Of a stretch of 64,000 nucleotides of DNA, positions 1 through 14,229 are shown in pieces; positions within the stretch are counted from its first letter, which is position 1; every line of letters starts with the position of its first letter. Both the position numbers and the translations under genes were made by a program. A model generated the notes under the pieces. That model did no database searches. It worked only from the letters and a program-made list of their open reading frames with translations, and was not told where the DNA came from. Source of the DNA: Mobula birostris (Eukaryota); the NCBI RefSeq assembly GCF_030028105.1, contig NC_092379.1, positions 26,095,821 to 26,159,820 of the forward strand, written 5' to 3'.

Positions 1-3000
1 CTTAATGTCTTGTATACCGCTATAATGTCTGGTCTCATCCTCCTTCTCTCTAAATAATAAAGCCGAAGTTCCCTTAATCTCTGATCATGATCCATTATCG
101 CGAAACCAGGCAGTATCCTGGTAAATATCCTCTGTACCATTTCCAAAGCTTCAAAATCCTTCCTACTGTCAGGCGACCAGAACTGGACACAGTACTCCGA
201 GTGCGGTCTTACCAGAGCTTTATAGAGCTGCAGCATTACCTCGCGATTCTTAAACTCTATCACTCGACTTATCGAAGCTAACACCCCATAAACTTTCCTA
301 ACTACCCTACCTATCTGTCTGGCAACTTTCAGACATCTGTGGACACTTACCCATTGTTCCCACTGCTTCTACAAACTACCAAGTTTCCTGCCATTTACTT
401 TGTACTCTGACTTGGAGTTTGGCCATCCAAGTGAACCACCTCACACTTCCCCGGTTTGAACGCCATCTGCCACTTCTCAGCCCACTTCTTCAACCTATCA
501 ATATCACTTTGCAATCTTCGACAATCCACTACATTATCTGCAATACCACCAATCGCTGTGTCGTCTGCAAACTTGCCTACCCACCCCTCTACCCCAACAT
601 CCAGGTCGTTAGTAAAAATCACGAAAAGCAACGGTCCCATAAACGATCCTTGTGTGACACCAGTAGTCACAATCCTCCAATCCGAATGTACTACCTCCAC
701 CACGACCTTCTGCCTTCTGCAGGAAAGCCAATTCTGAATACACTTGGACAAACCTCCCTAGATCCCATGCCTTCCGACTTTCGGAATAAGCCTACCGTGT
801 GGAACCTTGTCAAATGCCTTACTAAAATCCATATAGATATCATGCACTGCACTACCTTCATCTATATACCTGGTGACCGCTCAAAGAAATCTATCTGGCG
901 TGTTAGACACGATCTGCCCTTCACAATTCCCTCCTGACTGCTCCTGATCAGACCAGGATTCTCTAAATGCCCATAGATTCTATTTCTGGGAATCTTTACC
1001 CGCAGGTTTCCCACCACAGACGTAAGGCGCACTGGTCTATAATTACCCGGAGTATCCATACTAACTTTTTTGAACAAGGGACAACATTCGGCTCCCTCCA
1101 ATCCTCCGGTACCATTCCCGTGGACAACGACGACATGAAGATCCTAGCCAGAGGCTCAGCAATCTCTTCCCTTGCCTCGTGGAGCAGCCTGGGGAATATT
1201 CCGTCAGGCTCCGGGGACTTATCCGTCCTAATGTATTTTAACAAATCCAACACCTCCTCTCCCTGAATATCAACATGCTCCAGAACATCAACCTCACTCA
1301 TATTGTCCTCACGGACATCAAATTCCCACTCATTGGTGAATACCGAAGAGAGTGTATTCATTGAGGACCTCGTCACTTCCACAGCCTCCAGGCACATCTC
1401 CCCACCTTTATCTCTAGTTGGTCCTCCCTCCACTGCTGTCATCCTTTCGTTCTTCACAAAATTGAATGATGCCTTGGGACTTTCCTTTACACTACTCGCC
1501 AAGGCCTTCTCATGTCGCCTTCTTGCTCTTCTCAGCCCATTTTAACCTTCTTTCTTGCTACCCTATATTCCACAATAGATCCATCTGATCCTTGCTTCCT
1601 AAACCTCAGGTTCGCTGCCTTCTTCCATCTGACAGTATTTTCCACCTCACTTGTCACCCATGGTTCCTTCAACCTACCATTCTTTATCTTCCTCACTGTG
1701 GCAAATATACCCCTAACATCCTGTAAGAGATCTCTATACATCGAACACATGTCCATTGTATATTTCCCTGCAAAAAAATATCATCTCAATTCACACCCGC
1801 AAGTTCTAGCCTTATACGCTCATAACTTGTCCTTCCCCAATTAATGATGTTTCTGTCCTTTCTGATTCTATACTTTTCCATGATAATGCTGAAGGCCAGG
1901 GAGGAGTGGTCACTGCCCCCCGATGCTCACCCACTGAGGGATCTGTAACCTGACCTGGTTCATTACCTAATACTAGATTTAGTATGGCATTCTCCATCGA
2001 CGGCCTGTCAACACACTGTGACTGGAATCCGTCCTGGACACATTTAGCAAACTCTGACCCGTCCAAACCCTTGGAACAACTCAGGTGCCAATCAGTATTA
2101 GGGAAGTTGAGGTCACCTATGAGAACAACCTTTTTACTTTTGCTCCATTCGAATATCTGCCTCCTAATCTGCTCCTCGGTATCACTGCTGCTACCAGTGG
2201 ACCTATGAAATACTCCCAATAGAGTGGCTGCTCCCCTTCCTGTTCCTGACTTCTACCCATACTGACTCAAAAGAGGCTCCTGCTACATTACCCACCCTTT
2301 CTGTAGCTGCAATATTATCTATGACCAGTAATGCCACCCCTCCTCCTATTTCCTCCCCCATCCCGTTTAAAACACTGAAAACCAGGAATATTGAGAATCC
2401 ATTCCTGCTCTGGTGCCAGCCAAGTCTCTGTAATGGCCACTGCATCATCATTCCATGTTTTTTTTTATCCAAACTCTCAGTTCATTACGTTTGCTCCCGA
2501 TGCTTCTTGCATTGAAGAACACGCACTTTAGTCCTTCTACCTTCCTAAATTTGCACCCTTTACTCTGCTTCTCTTTCCTGAAATCCTGTCTATATGTTAG
2601 ATCTGGCTTTACTCCATGCACTTCTTTCACTGCTCTATCGCTCCAGATCCCATCCCCGTTGCAAATTATGTTAAACCCTCCCGAACCATGTTAGCAAACC
2701 TACCTGCAAGGATATTGCTCCCCCTCGAGGTCAGGTGCAACCTATCCAATCTGTACAGGTCCTGCATTCCCCAGAAGAGATCCCAAAGATCTAAAACTCT
2801 GCCCCCTGCACCAACTCCTCAGCCACACACACAACTGCCATCTCCTCCAATTCTTACCATCACTATCAGGTAGCACTGTCAGGAATCCTGAGAACGCCAC
2901 CCTCGTGGTTCTGTTCTTCTGCCTTCTGCCTAGTTCCCGAAACTCACACTTCAGGAACTCATCCCTCTTCCTGCCAATGTCTTTGGTGCCAAAGTATATC

Positions 3001-3478
3001 ACGACTTCTGATTGCTTTCCCTCTCTTACCAAGATGTTGTGCACCCGGTCAGAGACATCCCGGACCCTTGCACAGGGGAGGTAGCAAACCATGCGGGTGT
3101 CCTTTTCACATCCACAAAACCTCCTGTCTGCTCCCCTCACTGAACAGTCTACAATGACGGCAACTCCCCTATTCTCCGTCCCACCCTTCTGCACTACAGG
3201 GTCAGACTCAGTGCCAGATACCCTGTCACCATAGCTCACAGGTGGTCGGTCATCCCCGCTAACAGTATTCAGGACGGTAAATTTAGTATTCAGGGGAATG
3301 GATACATGGGTGCTCTGTAGTAGCTGTCTACTCACCTTCGCCTTCTCCCCTCTGACTGTCACCCAACGACCTCCTTCCGGCAGCCTAGGTGTGACTACCT
3401 CCCTGTAGCTCTCATCTATGACTGACTCATTCTCCCTTACGAGTCGAAGGGCATCCAGCTGCTGCTCCAGATTCCTTG
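1..3478 (-). mobile_element. CR1-type LINE, decayed (ORF1 SGNH esterase, ORF2 APE and RT), running off the left edge
   Basis: ORF 2742-3491 is a CR1 ORF1 esterase (GVAVIVDCSVRGADRRFCG...VVIYFGTKDI). 2448-2630 has the APE start CVFFNARSI, 862-1101 has PGNYRPVRLTSVVG, and 395-751 has GVTQGS...KFADDT. Multiple frameshifts. Confidence 0.93.
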
Positions 3479-3524
3479 AGGTACAAATCAATATAGGAGG
3501 GGGGAGGGGAAGAGTCAGATAATA

Positions 3525-6500
3525 GAGAGTATCCCGGTGGCTGTGCCCCTTGACAATAGGTACTCTTGTTTGAGTACTGTTGGGGGGGACAGCTTACCTG
3601 GGGGAAACGACAGTGGCCGTGCCTCCGGCACAGAGTCCGGCCCTGTAGCTCAGAAGGGTAGGGAAAGGAAGATGAGGGCAGTTGTAATAGGGGACTCGAT
3701 AGTAAGGGGGTCAGACAGGGGATTCTGTGGACGCAGTCCAGAGACCCGGATGGTAGTTTGCCTCCCTGGTGCCAGGGTCCGGGATATTCCTGATCGTGTC
3801 CAAGATATCCTGAGTGGGACGGTGAGGAGCCAGAGGTCGTGGTGCATATAGGTACCAATGACAAAAGTAGGGAAAGGGAAGAGGTCCTGAGAGGAGAATA
3901 TAGCGAGCGAGGAAGGGAGTTGAGAAAAAAGACCGGAAAGGTAGTAATCTCGGGATTACTGCCTGTGCCACGCGACAGTGAGAGTAGGAATACAGTGAGG
4001 TGGAGGATAAATGCGTGGCTGAGGGATTGGAGCAGGGGGCAGGGATTCAAGTTGTTGGATCATTGCGACCTCTTTTGGCGCAGGCGTGACCTGTACAAAA
4101 AAAGACGGGTTACAATTGAATCCTAGGGGGAACAATATCCTGGCAGGGAGACTAGCGAGGGCTATTGAGGGGACTTTAAACTAGAATGTTTGGGGTGTGG
4201 GAATCAAATTAAAGAGGCTAGGCGAAAGGCGATCAGTTCACAACAGGGGGGTGGGAACCAGTGCAGAGAGAAAGAGGGGTGTAAAATGACGGTAGAAGGA
4301 AAAAGTTGTAAGGTGAAAAGTAAAAGTGGCAGGCCGACAAATCCAGCGCAAGCATCAAAAAGGGCCACTTTTCAACCTAACTGTATAAGAGCTAAGACAG
4401 TTGTAAAAGCGCGCCTGAAGGCTTTGTATGTCAATGCAAGGAGCATTCGTAACAAGGTGGATGAATTAAAATTGCAGATTGTAATTAATGAATATGATAT
4501 AGTTGGAATCACAGAGACATGGCTCCAAGGTGACCGAGGACGGGAGCTCAATATTCAGGGATATTCAAAATTCAGGAGGGATAAACATGAAAGGAAAGGA
4601 GGTGGCGTTGCGTTGCTGGTTAGAGAGGAGATTAACGCAATAGAAAGGAAGGGCATCGGCCGGGATGATGTGGAATCGATATGGGCAGAGCTGCATAACA
4701 CTAAGGGACAGAAAACGCTGGTGGAGTTGTGTACAGGCCAGCTAACAGTAGTAGTGAGGTTGGGGATGGTATTAAACAGGAAATTAGAAATGTATGCAAT
4801 AAAGGAACAGCAGTTATAATGGGTGACTTCATCTACATGTAGATTGGGTGAACCAAATTGGTAAGGGTGCTGTGGAAGAGGATTTCTTGGAATGTATGCG
4901 GGATGGTTTTTTGAACCAACATGTCGAGGAACCAACTAGAGTGCAGGCTATTCTAGACTGGGTATTGAGCAATGAGGAAGGGCTAATTACCAATCTTGTC
5001 GAGAGAGGCCCCTTGGGTAAGAGTGACCATAATATTGTGGAATTCTTCATTAAGATGGAGAGTGACAGATTTAATTCAGAAACAAAGGTTCTGAACTTAA
5101 GCAAGGGTAACTTTGAAGGTATGAGACGTGTATTTGCTAAGATAGACTGGCAAATGACACTTAAAGGGTTGACGGTGGATATGCAATGGCAAGCATTTAA
5201 AGATCGCATGGATGAACTACAACAATTATTCATCCCAGTTTGGCAAAATAATACATTAAGGAAGGTAGTGCACCCCTGGCTGACAAGGGAAATTAGGGAT
5301 AGTATCAACGTCAAAGGAGAAGTGTACAAATTAGCCAGAAAAAGTGGCTCACCAGAGGACTGGGAGAAATTCGGAACTCAGCAGAGGAGGACAAAGGGCT
5401 TACCTAGGAAGGGGAAAAAAGATTATGCAAAAACACTGGCAGGGAACATAAAAACATGTAAAAGCTTTTATAGATATGTGAAAAGAAAAAGATTGGTTAA
5501 GACAAATGTAGGTCCCCAACAGACAGAAAGAGGTGAATTGATCATGGGGAGCAAGGACATGGCAGAACAATTGAATAATTGCTTTGGTTCTGTCTTTACT
5601 AAGGAGGATATAAATAATCTTCCGGAAATAGCAGTTGACAGAGGTCCAGTGAGATGGAGCAACTGAGGGAAATACATATTAGTAGGGAAGTGGTGTTAGG
5701 TAAATTGAAGGGATTAAAGGCAGATAAATCCCCAGGGCCAGATGGTCTGCATCCCAGAGTGCTTAAGGAAGTAGCCCAAGAAATAGTGGCTGCATTAGTG
5801 ATAATTTTTCACAACTCTTTAGATTCTGGACTAGTTCCTGATGATTGGAGGGTGTCTAATGTAACCCCACCTTTTAAAAGAGGGAGAGAGAAACCAGGGA
5901 ACCATGAAGCCTAACATCGGTGGTGGGGAAACTGCTAGAGTCAGTTATCAAGATTTGATAACAGCACATTTGGAAAGCGGTGAAGTCATCGGACAAAGTC
6001 AGCATGGCTTGTGAAAGGAAAATCATGTCTGACGAATATCATAGAATTTTTTGAGGATGTAACTAGCAGAGTCGATAGGGGAGAACCACTGGATGTGGTA
6101 TATTTGGATTTTTCAAAAGGCTTTTGACAAGGTCCCAATCAGGAGATTAGTGTGCAAACTTAAAGCACACGGTATTAGCACACGGTATTGATGTGAACAG
6201 AGAATTGGTTGGCAGACAGGAAGCAAAGAGTGGGAATAAACGTGACCTTTACAGAATGGCAGGCAGTGACTACTGGGGTACCGCAAGGCTCAGTGCTGGG
6301 ACCCCAGTTGTTTACAATATATATGAGTGACTTGGATGAGGGAATTAAATGCAGCATTTCCAAGTTTGCGGATGACACGAAGCTGGGTGGCAGTGTTAAC
6401 TGTGAGGAGGATGCTAAGAGGATGCAGAGTGACTTGGATAGGTTGGATGAGTGGGCAATGTCATGGCAGATGCAACTTAATGTGGATAAATGTGAAGTTA

Positions 6501-7260
6501 TCCACTTTTGGGGCAAAAAAAAAACAGGAAAACAGATTATTATCTGAATGGTGGCCAATTAGGAAAAGGGGAGGTGGTGCAACCATTGAAAGTGGGCATG
6601 CAGGTACAGCAGGCGGTGTAAAAGGCGAATGGTATGCTAGCATTTATAGCAAGAGGATTCGAGTACAGGAGCAGGGAGATACTACTGCAGTTGTACAGCG
6701 CTTGGTGAGACCACACCTGGAGTATTGTGTGCAGTTTTGGTCCCTAATCTGAGGAAAGACATCCTTGCCATAGAGGGAGTACAAAGAAGATTACTGGGAT
6801 GGCAGGACTTTCATATGATGAAACACTGGATGAACTAGGCTTATTTTCGATGGAATTTAGAAGATTGAGTGGGAATCTGATTCAAACGTATAAAATCGTA
6901 AAGGGATTGGACAGGCGAGATGCAGGAAGATTGTTCCCGATGTTGGCGAAGTCCAGAACGAGGGGTCACAGTTTAAGGATAAGGGGAAAGCCTTTTAGGA
7001 CCGAGATTAGGAAAAACTCCTTCACACAGAGAGTGGTGAATCTGTGGAATTCTCTGCCACAGGAAACAGTTGAGGCCAGTTCATTGGCTATATTTAAGAG
7101 GGAGTTAAATATGGCCCTTATGGCTAAAGGGATCAGGGGGTATGGAGGGAAGGCTGGTACAGGGTTCTGAGTCGGATGATCCGCCACGATCATACTGGAT
7201 GGCGGTGCAGACTCGATGGGCCGAATGGCCTACTGCTGCACCTATTTTCTATGTTTCTAT
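3525..7260 (+). mobile_element. CR1-type LINE, near complete from mid-ORF1 to 3' tail
   Basis: Esterase RAVVIGDSIVRG (3537-3851), APE ALYVNARSIRNK/GITETWL (4190-4819), KSPGPDGLHPRVLKE (5654-5914), GVPQGSVLGP...KFADDT (6209-6547), 3' end TTTTCTATGTTTCTAT at ~7245-7260. Confidence 0.95.
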
Positions 7261-9730
7261 AAGGTGATGCAATTTAGTGGCTACTACAAAGACGTGGTTT
7301 CAGGTTGGAGATTATTCGTAATTAAATACTCAAGGAATCATATAATACGGATCGATAGGCAGGAACATAGGGTAGCGTTGTTAATTAAATATGACATCAG
7401 CGCAATAGTGAGAGACGAAATAAGATCTAAGGAGCAGCATTTTGAATCCATCTGTGTAGAGATTAGGAATAGTAAATTGGGAACTTTATACAATGGTGGG
7501 AGTTCGATATCGGCCACCTAATGTAACATTACAATAGCACAGGCAATAAACAGAGAAATATCTGAGGCATGTATAATGGAACAACAATTATCATGGGATC
7601 TTCAAATTGCACATAGATTGGGTGAATCGAAGCAGTCTTGAGGAGGATCTTATAGAATGCATCTGTGATGACAGCATGTTAAGAAACATACAAGGGAAGG
7701 TGCTGACTTATCTCGTCTGTGCATTGGACAAGCAAAATTTGTGGTCTTGTAGTTCGGGATTCTGTTGGAAAGGGTGATCACAGTATGACTGAGTTTTCCA
7801 TACAAATGGAGGATGCAATACGGTAATCTAAAAGCAGTGGCTTAAGTCTAAACAATAGAGACTGCAATGGGATGTGCGAACATTTAGCTGGAGAACACGG
7901 GGAACATCGTCTATATATTTGGATGGCTGAGGAACAGTGGGAGACTTTCATAGAGATTATTCACGGTGATCAACAGAAGTATATTCCAATTCAGTGCAAG
8001 GACAGCAACGATGCGAGCGTCGTCCTGGATAATTAAGGAAATAAATAAAAAAAAAAAAACACACATTAAACTAAAGATTGTGCATATAAAGTCGCTATTA
8101 GTAGTTAGAAAGTGGAAGACTGGGAAAACTTAGAAAACAAAGAACCAGTGAGCATCAAAACAAAAAAAAAACAAGCTCGATTATGAAAACATACTAGCAC
8201 AACATATAGAAAAAGCGAATAATTGTAGAAACAATTATATTGGCATAAAGCGGAAAATGGTGGCTAAAAGGAACATAGGTTCCTTGGAGGACGAGAATTG
8301 GGAATTGATATAAAGCAATGAGGAAATGGCCGAAATTTGAATGATCTATTTCGGATTGGTGGACATGTTGGAACACAACTAAAATGCGAAAGACAGATGT
8401 TATGGAAGTGATGCGTTGTGAGCACCTCAATGCAATAGGAATCCCTAAATAATTAGATCTGAGCAAACGTGTAAGCTTGAAGATAGAGATGTCTCCTGGT
8501 TATAATGGGAAGCACCCGAGGGTTCCGAAGGGAATGGCAAAAGTTCTAGCAGCTGTGATATTTACCAAAATTTACTGGACTCTGGGCAGGTCCTGGCCGA
8601 ATAGAAGACGGCGAATGTCACGCCACTTTTCAAAAAATTAAGTAGGCAAAATGTAGATATCTATAGGCCAGTTACATTAACATCTGTAGTTAATAAAATG
8701 TGTGAAACTATCATTAAAGAGGACATAACGAGGCATCTGGAAGGAAATAGGTCAATCAGGCAGACACAACTTGGATTCAGCAAAGGCAGGTTCTGTTTGA
8801 CCAACCGACTGGAGTTCTGGGATTTCGAGAAAACGATCGATAAGGTGCCACATAAAAAAGAGCATGCGTAGAGTTGGGGGTGATGCACTTTCATGAATGT
8901 AGGATTCGGTAGCCAGTAGAAAGCAGAGAGTTGCTATACATCTGTGCTCCTGTCGTTGGGAATCAGTGGTCAGCGGTCCACCACAGGTTTCGGAAATCGG
9001 TCCGCATCTATTCACAATATACATCAACGATATCGATGAGGGTGTCGAGTGTAGTGCATTTAACTTTGCTGATGATATCAAATTTAGTGCAAAAGCAAAT
9101 TGTGCAGAGGTTACCGAGACTCCACAGGCAGATATAGATAGGTTCAACGACGGAGCAAGTTTCCAACAAATGGTGTAGAACGTTGGTAAATGCGACGTCG
9201 TTCGCTTTAGAAGGCAAAATGAAAGAACATGATGAGGATTTAAATGGTTAAAAGAAAACAAAACGTAGACTGCTGCGGTACAGACGGAATTGCGAGAGCT
9301 TATGCATGAACCACTAAAGGTTAGTTTGCGGGTACAGCAGGCTATCAAGAAGGCAAATGGAATGTTGAATTTATTGCTAGAATGATTGAATTTAAGAACA
9401 AGGAGGCTATGCTGCAACCGTACAGGGCACTGCTGAGACTGCACCTGGCGTACTGCGTGCTGCTCTGGTCACCTGACTTGAGGAAGGAGATGCTGGCTCT
9501 AGGGGCGATGCAGAGGAGGTTCACCAGCTTTATTCCAGAAATGAAGCGTTTAGACTATGAGGAAGGATTGAGTAGCTTGGGAAGGAGCTCGCTGGATTTC
9601 AGAAGAATTGGAGCACGTCTGAAAGAATCATGTAAAATTATGAAAAGGGTAGATAAGATAGAGGCAGGAAAGTTGTTTCCACGGGTGGTCAGGTTAGAAC
9701 GAGATAACATCGTTGGTATCATGAGGAACA
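7261..9730 (+). mobile_element. Older, heavily decayed CR1 ORF2 (APE to RT C-terminus)
   Basis: Remnants RIDRQEHRVALLIK, GPHLFTIYINDIDEGVECSAFNFADD (8966-9178) and YRALLRLHLAYCVLLWSP (9382-9756). Confidence 0.85.
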
Positions 9731-9734
9731 CTTC

Positions 9735-12530
9735 TGGGGAAGGTATGATCTGTTGAAAACTGACGTGTTACCTGTACCCGAGGATATCAATATTCTCACT
9801 GGCAGGTTTGTTAGAGCTGTAGGGGATGGTTTAAACTAATTTGGCAGGGGTGTGGAACTGGACTGAAGGGACTTAGGAGAAGGCGGAAGGTATAAGCGTA
9901 AGGATAGCGCGCAGTCAGACTATCAGGAAGGGGAGATAGGTGATGGGAATTATTTTCCGCCAGCAGGGAGGCAAAACCACCGGGATGCAGAAACGGTACT
10001 CCGATGTTGTATCTAAATGCGCGTAGCAGAAGAAATAAGGCTGATGATCTTTTGTTTTCACTTTTACAGATTGTCAGGTATGATGCTGTGCCCATTACTG
10101 AAATGCGTCCGAAGGATAGTTGTCGTTGGGAGCTGAAAGTCCAAGGTTACAAATTATATCGGAAAGATAGGAAGCTAGCGGAGGGGATATTGTGGCTCTA
10201 CCTCTACAGATGGGCGTCAAATCACTAGAAAGATCAGACATGGGATCGGAGGATTTTGAATCCTTGTTGGTTGAGTTAAGAAACTGCAAGAGTAAAAAAG
10301 ACGTTAATGGCAGCAATGTACAGTGGCTGGAAGTAGACCACAGATTATAGCAGAAAAGATAAAAGGTGAGTCAAACGAGCAATGTTGTGGTAGTCAAGGG
10401 CGATTTTAACATGCAGGTCGTTTGGGAAAATTAGGTTGATAATGGATCTGAAGACAGTGAGCTTGTTTAGTGCCCAAGAGATGGCTTTTTAGAGTAGTTT
10501 GATGATCAGTCTACTAGGGGATCCGCTATACTGTACTTGGTGTTATGTAATGAACCAGAGGCGGTTAGGGAGTTTAAGGTAAAAGAACCCTGATAGATTT
10601 CAACTTGACATTTGATAGGGCGAAAGTAAACTCTGATATAGCAGTATTTCAGTGGGGTAAGGGAAATTTCAGTGCAAAGAGAGAGGAGTTGGTCAAAGTG
10701 AATTGAAATAAGCTGCTGGCAGGGATGTCAGTAGAGCAGCAATGTTGTGCTTTTCGGGGAAAATATCGCAAAGTACCGGCATATATGTATTCTAAGAATG
10801 AAGAAATACTTAAGGTACGAAGGTAAATTAGCCAAGAATATAAAGGAGGACAGTAAAAGCTTATGTAGGTATGTGAAAAGGAAACAAAAAAAAATGTTAA
10901 GACCAAAATTGGGCCCTTGAAGACAGAAGCCGGTGAATTTATTATGGGGAACAAGGAAATGGCAGACGAGTTGTACAGATACTTTGGATCTGTCTTCACT
11001 AGGGAAGACACAAAAAATCTCCCAGATGTAATTGTGGCCAAAAGAAGTAGGGTAATGGATAAATTGAAGGAAATTTCTATTAGGCAGGAAATGGTGTTGG
11101 ATAGGCTGTTGGGTCTGAAGGCTAATAAGTCCCCGGGGCCTGATGGTCTGCATCCCACGGTACTTAGGGAGGTGGCTTTTGAAATCGTGGACGCATTGGT
11201 AATCATTTTCCAATGTTCTATAGATTCAGGATCAGTTCCTGCGGATTGGAGGGTGGCTAATGTTGTCCCTCTCTTCAAGAAGGGAAGAAGAGAGAAAACA
11301 AGGAATTATAGATCGGTTAGCCTGACTTCGGTGGTGGGAAAGATGCTGGAGTCAATTATAAAAGATGAAATTACGACACATTTGGATAGCAGTAACAGGA
11401 TTGGTCCGAGTCAGCATAGATTTACGAAGGGGAAATCGTGCTTGACTAATCTTCTGGAATTTTTGGAGGATGTAACTATGAAAATGGACAAGGGAGAGCC
11501 AGTGGATGTACTGTACCTGCACTTTCAGAAAGCCTTTGATGAATTCCCACATAGGAGATTAGTGGGCAAAATTAGGGCGCATGGTATTGGGGGCAGAGTA
11601 CTGAATGGATTGAAAATTGGCTGGCTGACAGAAAGCAAAGAGTAGCGATTAACGAGTCCCTTTCGGAATGGCAGGGGATGACTAGTGGGGTACCGCAGGG
11701 TTCAGCGCTGGAACCGCAGCTGTTACAATATATATTAATGATTTAGATGAGGACATTGAAAGTAATATTAGCAAATTTGCTAATGACACAAAGCTGGGAG
11801 GCAGTGTAAAATGTCAGGAGGATGTTATGAGAATGCAGGGTTACTTGGACAGGCTGGGTGAGTGGCAGATGCATGGCAGATGCAGTTTAATGTGGATAAG
11901 TGTGAGGTTATCCACTTTGGTGGTAAGAAAGGGAAGGCAGATTATTATCTAAATGGAGACAAGTTAGGAAAAGGGGAAGCACAACGAAATCCAGGTGTTG
12001 TTGTACATCAGTCACTGAAAGCAAGTATGCAAGTACAGCAGGCAGAGAAAAAAGCTAATGCCATGCTGGTCTTTATAACATGGGGAATTGAGTATAAGAA
12101 CAAAGAGGTCCTTCTGCAGCTGTACAGGGGCCTGGTGAGACCACACCTGGAGTACTGTGTGCAGGTTTGGTCTCCAAATTTGAGGAAGGACATTCTGCTA
12201 TCGAGGGAGTGCAGCGTAGGTTCACAAGGTTAATTCCTGGGATGGCGGAACTGTCATATGTAGAAAGGTCGGAGCGACTGGGCTTGTATACCCTGGAATT
12301 TAGAAGGCTGAGAGGGGATCTTATGAAACATATAAGATTATTACGGGATTGGACACGTTGCAGGCCGGAAGCACGTTCCCGATGATGGATGAGTCCAGAC
12401 CAGAGGCCACAGTTTAAGAATTAGGGGTAGGTTATTTAGAACGGAGTTGAGGAAAGACTTTTTCACCCAGAGAGTGGTGGATATATGGAATGCTCTGGCC
12501 CAGAAGGCTGTGGAGGCGAAGCGTCCGTCT
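9735..12530 (+). mobile_element. CR1 LINE(s): ORF1 end and APE (9735-~10790) joined to a better preserved RT half (~10790-12530)
   Basis: LYLNARSRRNK (10004-10228); 242-aa ORF 10917-11645 with KSPGPDGLHP, NYRSVSLTSVVGK and GKSCLTNLLEF; VRPHLEYCVQVWSP; typical 3' end ttttcacccagagagtgg. Confidence 0.9.
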
Positions 12531-12544
12531 GGAGACGAAGCGTC

Positions 12545-12801
12545 CGTCAGCGTGTTTGAAGCTGGAGGGCTGAACATGGAATTTGAACGACTCAGTGAGT
12601 CAGTCGAAACCCCGAGAGGCTGGCATAATATTCAACGGGGGAACTGAGTGTTTCATATATCCCTCTCGTAAGATATGTCAGTGCCATTCACAAATAGATT
12701 GGAGGTTCTGACATCACAAGGTTCATTTGACGACTGTCATATTAATTATGGTTTGATAACTATGTGAGTCATGATAGCACAACGTTTTGGTAGGGGAATC
12801 A
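12545..12801 (+). mobile_element. 3' end of Gypsy internal region with polypurine tract
   Basis: TTTTGGTAGGGGAATCA directly precedes TGTAAC (LTR start); homologous to 30830-31023. Confidence 0.55.
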
Positions 12802-13530
12802 TGTAACCACCTGGTTAAGATTTTCACACCAATACCGTAGGTATGTCATTTTTGCAGTTCTCTAAAAAGCTGTCTGATTCTGCTTTAGGGCTATTTTGGG
12901 GTTTGAACTGAAGACAATGGCCTTTGTTGTTCATCTTATGGAACTGGTGTCATGCAAGCACAATGGTGGGATTGTGAGAAAGTTGTGGAGAAAGCTGCCG
13001 GAGAGGTTTTATGAGGGACAATGGTGGTGTTGGAATTCATATTTGGAGAGAGATGGGAGAACACAGGACGGAAGATGGACGAAGATGTCGTCCCTGCTGC
13101 ACAATGTGTTCTCTGCGGATAAAATGTTTCAAAGAAGATGGTCCAAAACTCCCGTGGGAGCCCGTTTCGAACAACGACTGGAAGGTGTGGTGTGCTTTCA
13201 CCCACACCGAGTGTTCAGTGCGTGAGTGACAGACATGCTCATGTTGAGCTCCAACTTCAGTGCAAAATGAGCCTTTCTCTTATTTCTTCCTTGCCTTTAA
13301 TAAGTATTTACCTAAGTTACCATTCTTGAATATATTTCTTTAAAAGTGCATGTAGTGAAGGATCTGTTATTTCCTGCCAAAGATAGATTGCCGTGGGCAG
13401 TATATCGCACGGCATTCAGGAAAACCAGTGTTTAGGTGGCGAGGCATCTCAACATCAAGGATTTGGGGGAACCAGTGTTGTATACATCACAGACGTACGA
13501 CGACTGAAAAGGTGTAGTTCTCGTCGTGCA
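12802..13530 (+). mobile_element. Gypsy 3' LTR (decayed)
   Basis: Starts TGTAAC after a PPT. Shares motifs (GAGCTCCAACTT..TGCA; atatc.c.c.gcattca; terminal gac.t.cg..gactgaaa..gtg..ca) with the LTR at 31024-31767 and the PBS-flanked LTR at 22531-23103. Confidence 0.6.
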
Positions 13531-14229
13531 TTCTAGCGCCGGTAAGCAAAGACCAATGAGGCGTACTTCCAGAGACGCCAAAGATAACTGATTTCCATTT
13601 TCCAAATATGACTGTTTTTCTTTGGTTTCACTTCATGGTCCTGTCCCGCGCTATGATCTCTCTGCAATAAAAGACAAAAATAGAAGTCCCAGGCCACGTT
13701 TTCAGCAACTACACAGACCAGCGGGAGAGGGGGTTGTGTGACAAATAGTGTTTTACATCGTACTGCAATTTGAGGTTTACTCCTATGTGAGGAAGACGAG
13801 AAGTATCAAATAAAACAAGTTATGGTGACTGTGACGTCAATCCTCTTGAAATGATTCGAGAACGTGTTGTATTCGGCAAATGTCAACTGCCTCAACCGTC
13901 GCATTTATCTACAGCTGAAATTGATCTACGGCAGATGACATCTCACTTGCCATACTCCAAATCACTAGAAAGTATAGAGAGCCCGTCTCGGTCGTTAGAT
14001 TGCTGTGTATAATTTGCAAATCAACGTCATTAATCTGAACAGAGTTGCTTCTAAAATCCACGAATTAAGTTTCAGAGACCGGCAGCTTTTCTCCCAGCAA
14101 CTCACCTGAAGACTACAATCATAAAAAGATAGACGAGAACACATCAGCCTTATCCGCACGACCGATGTTCCATAATAGGATATTTAGCATATACCATAAG
14201 AAGCTACCGAACATTACAGGCCCCTTGGT

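Noticed and set aside
4829-11278. Long antisense ORFs (e.g. 4829-5329, 8752-9444, 10649-11278)
   Set aside because: Shadow ORFs opposite CR1 ORF2 remnants, with no independent protein motifs.
12896-13229. ORFs in 12896-13229 and 31009-31552 with faint resemblance to hepadnaviral RT (PMGV..C) or V2R receptors
   Set aside because: The region is a Gypsy LTR (PPT-TGTAAC start, homology to the PBS-flanked LTR); no YMDD motif and no codon-position bias between the two copies.
13460-13490. FGGT-xVV J-like motif (also at ~31698-31720)
   Set aside because: Not FGxG, no upstream RSS or downstream donor, and it lies inside the Gypsy LTR.
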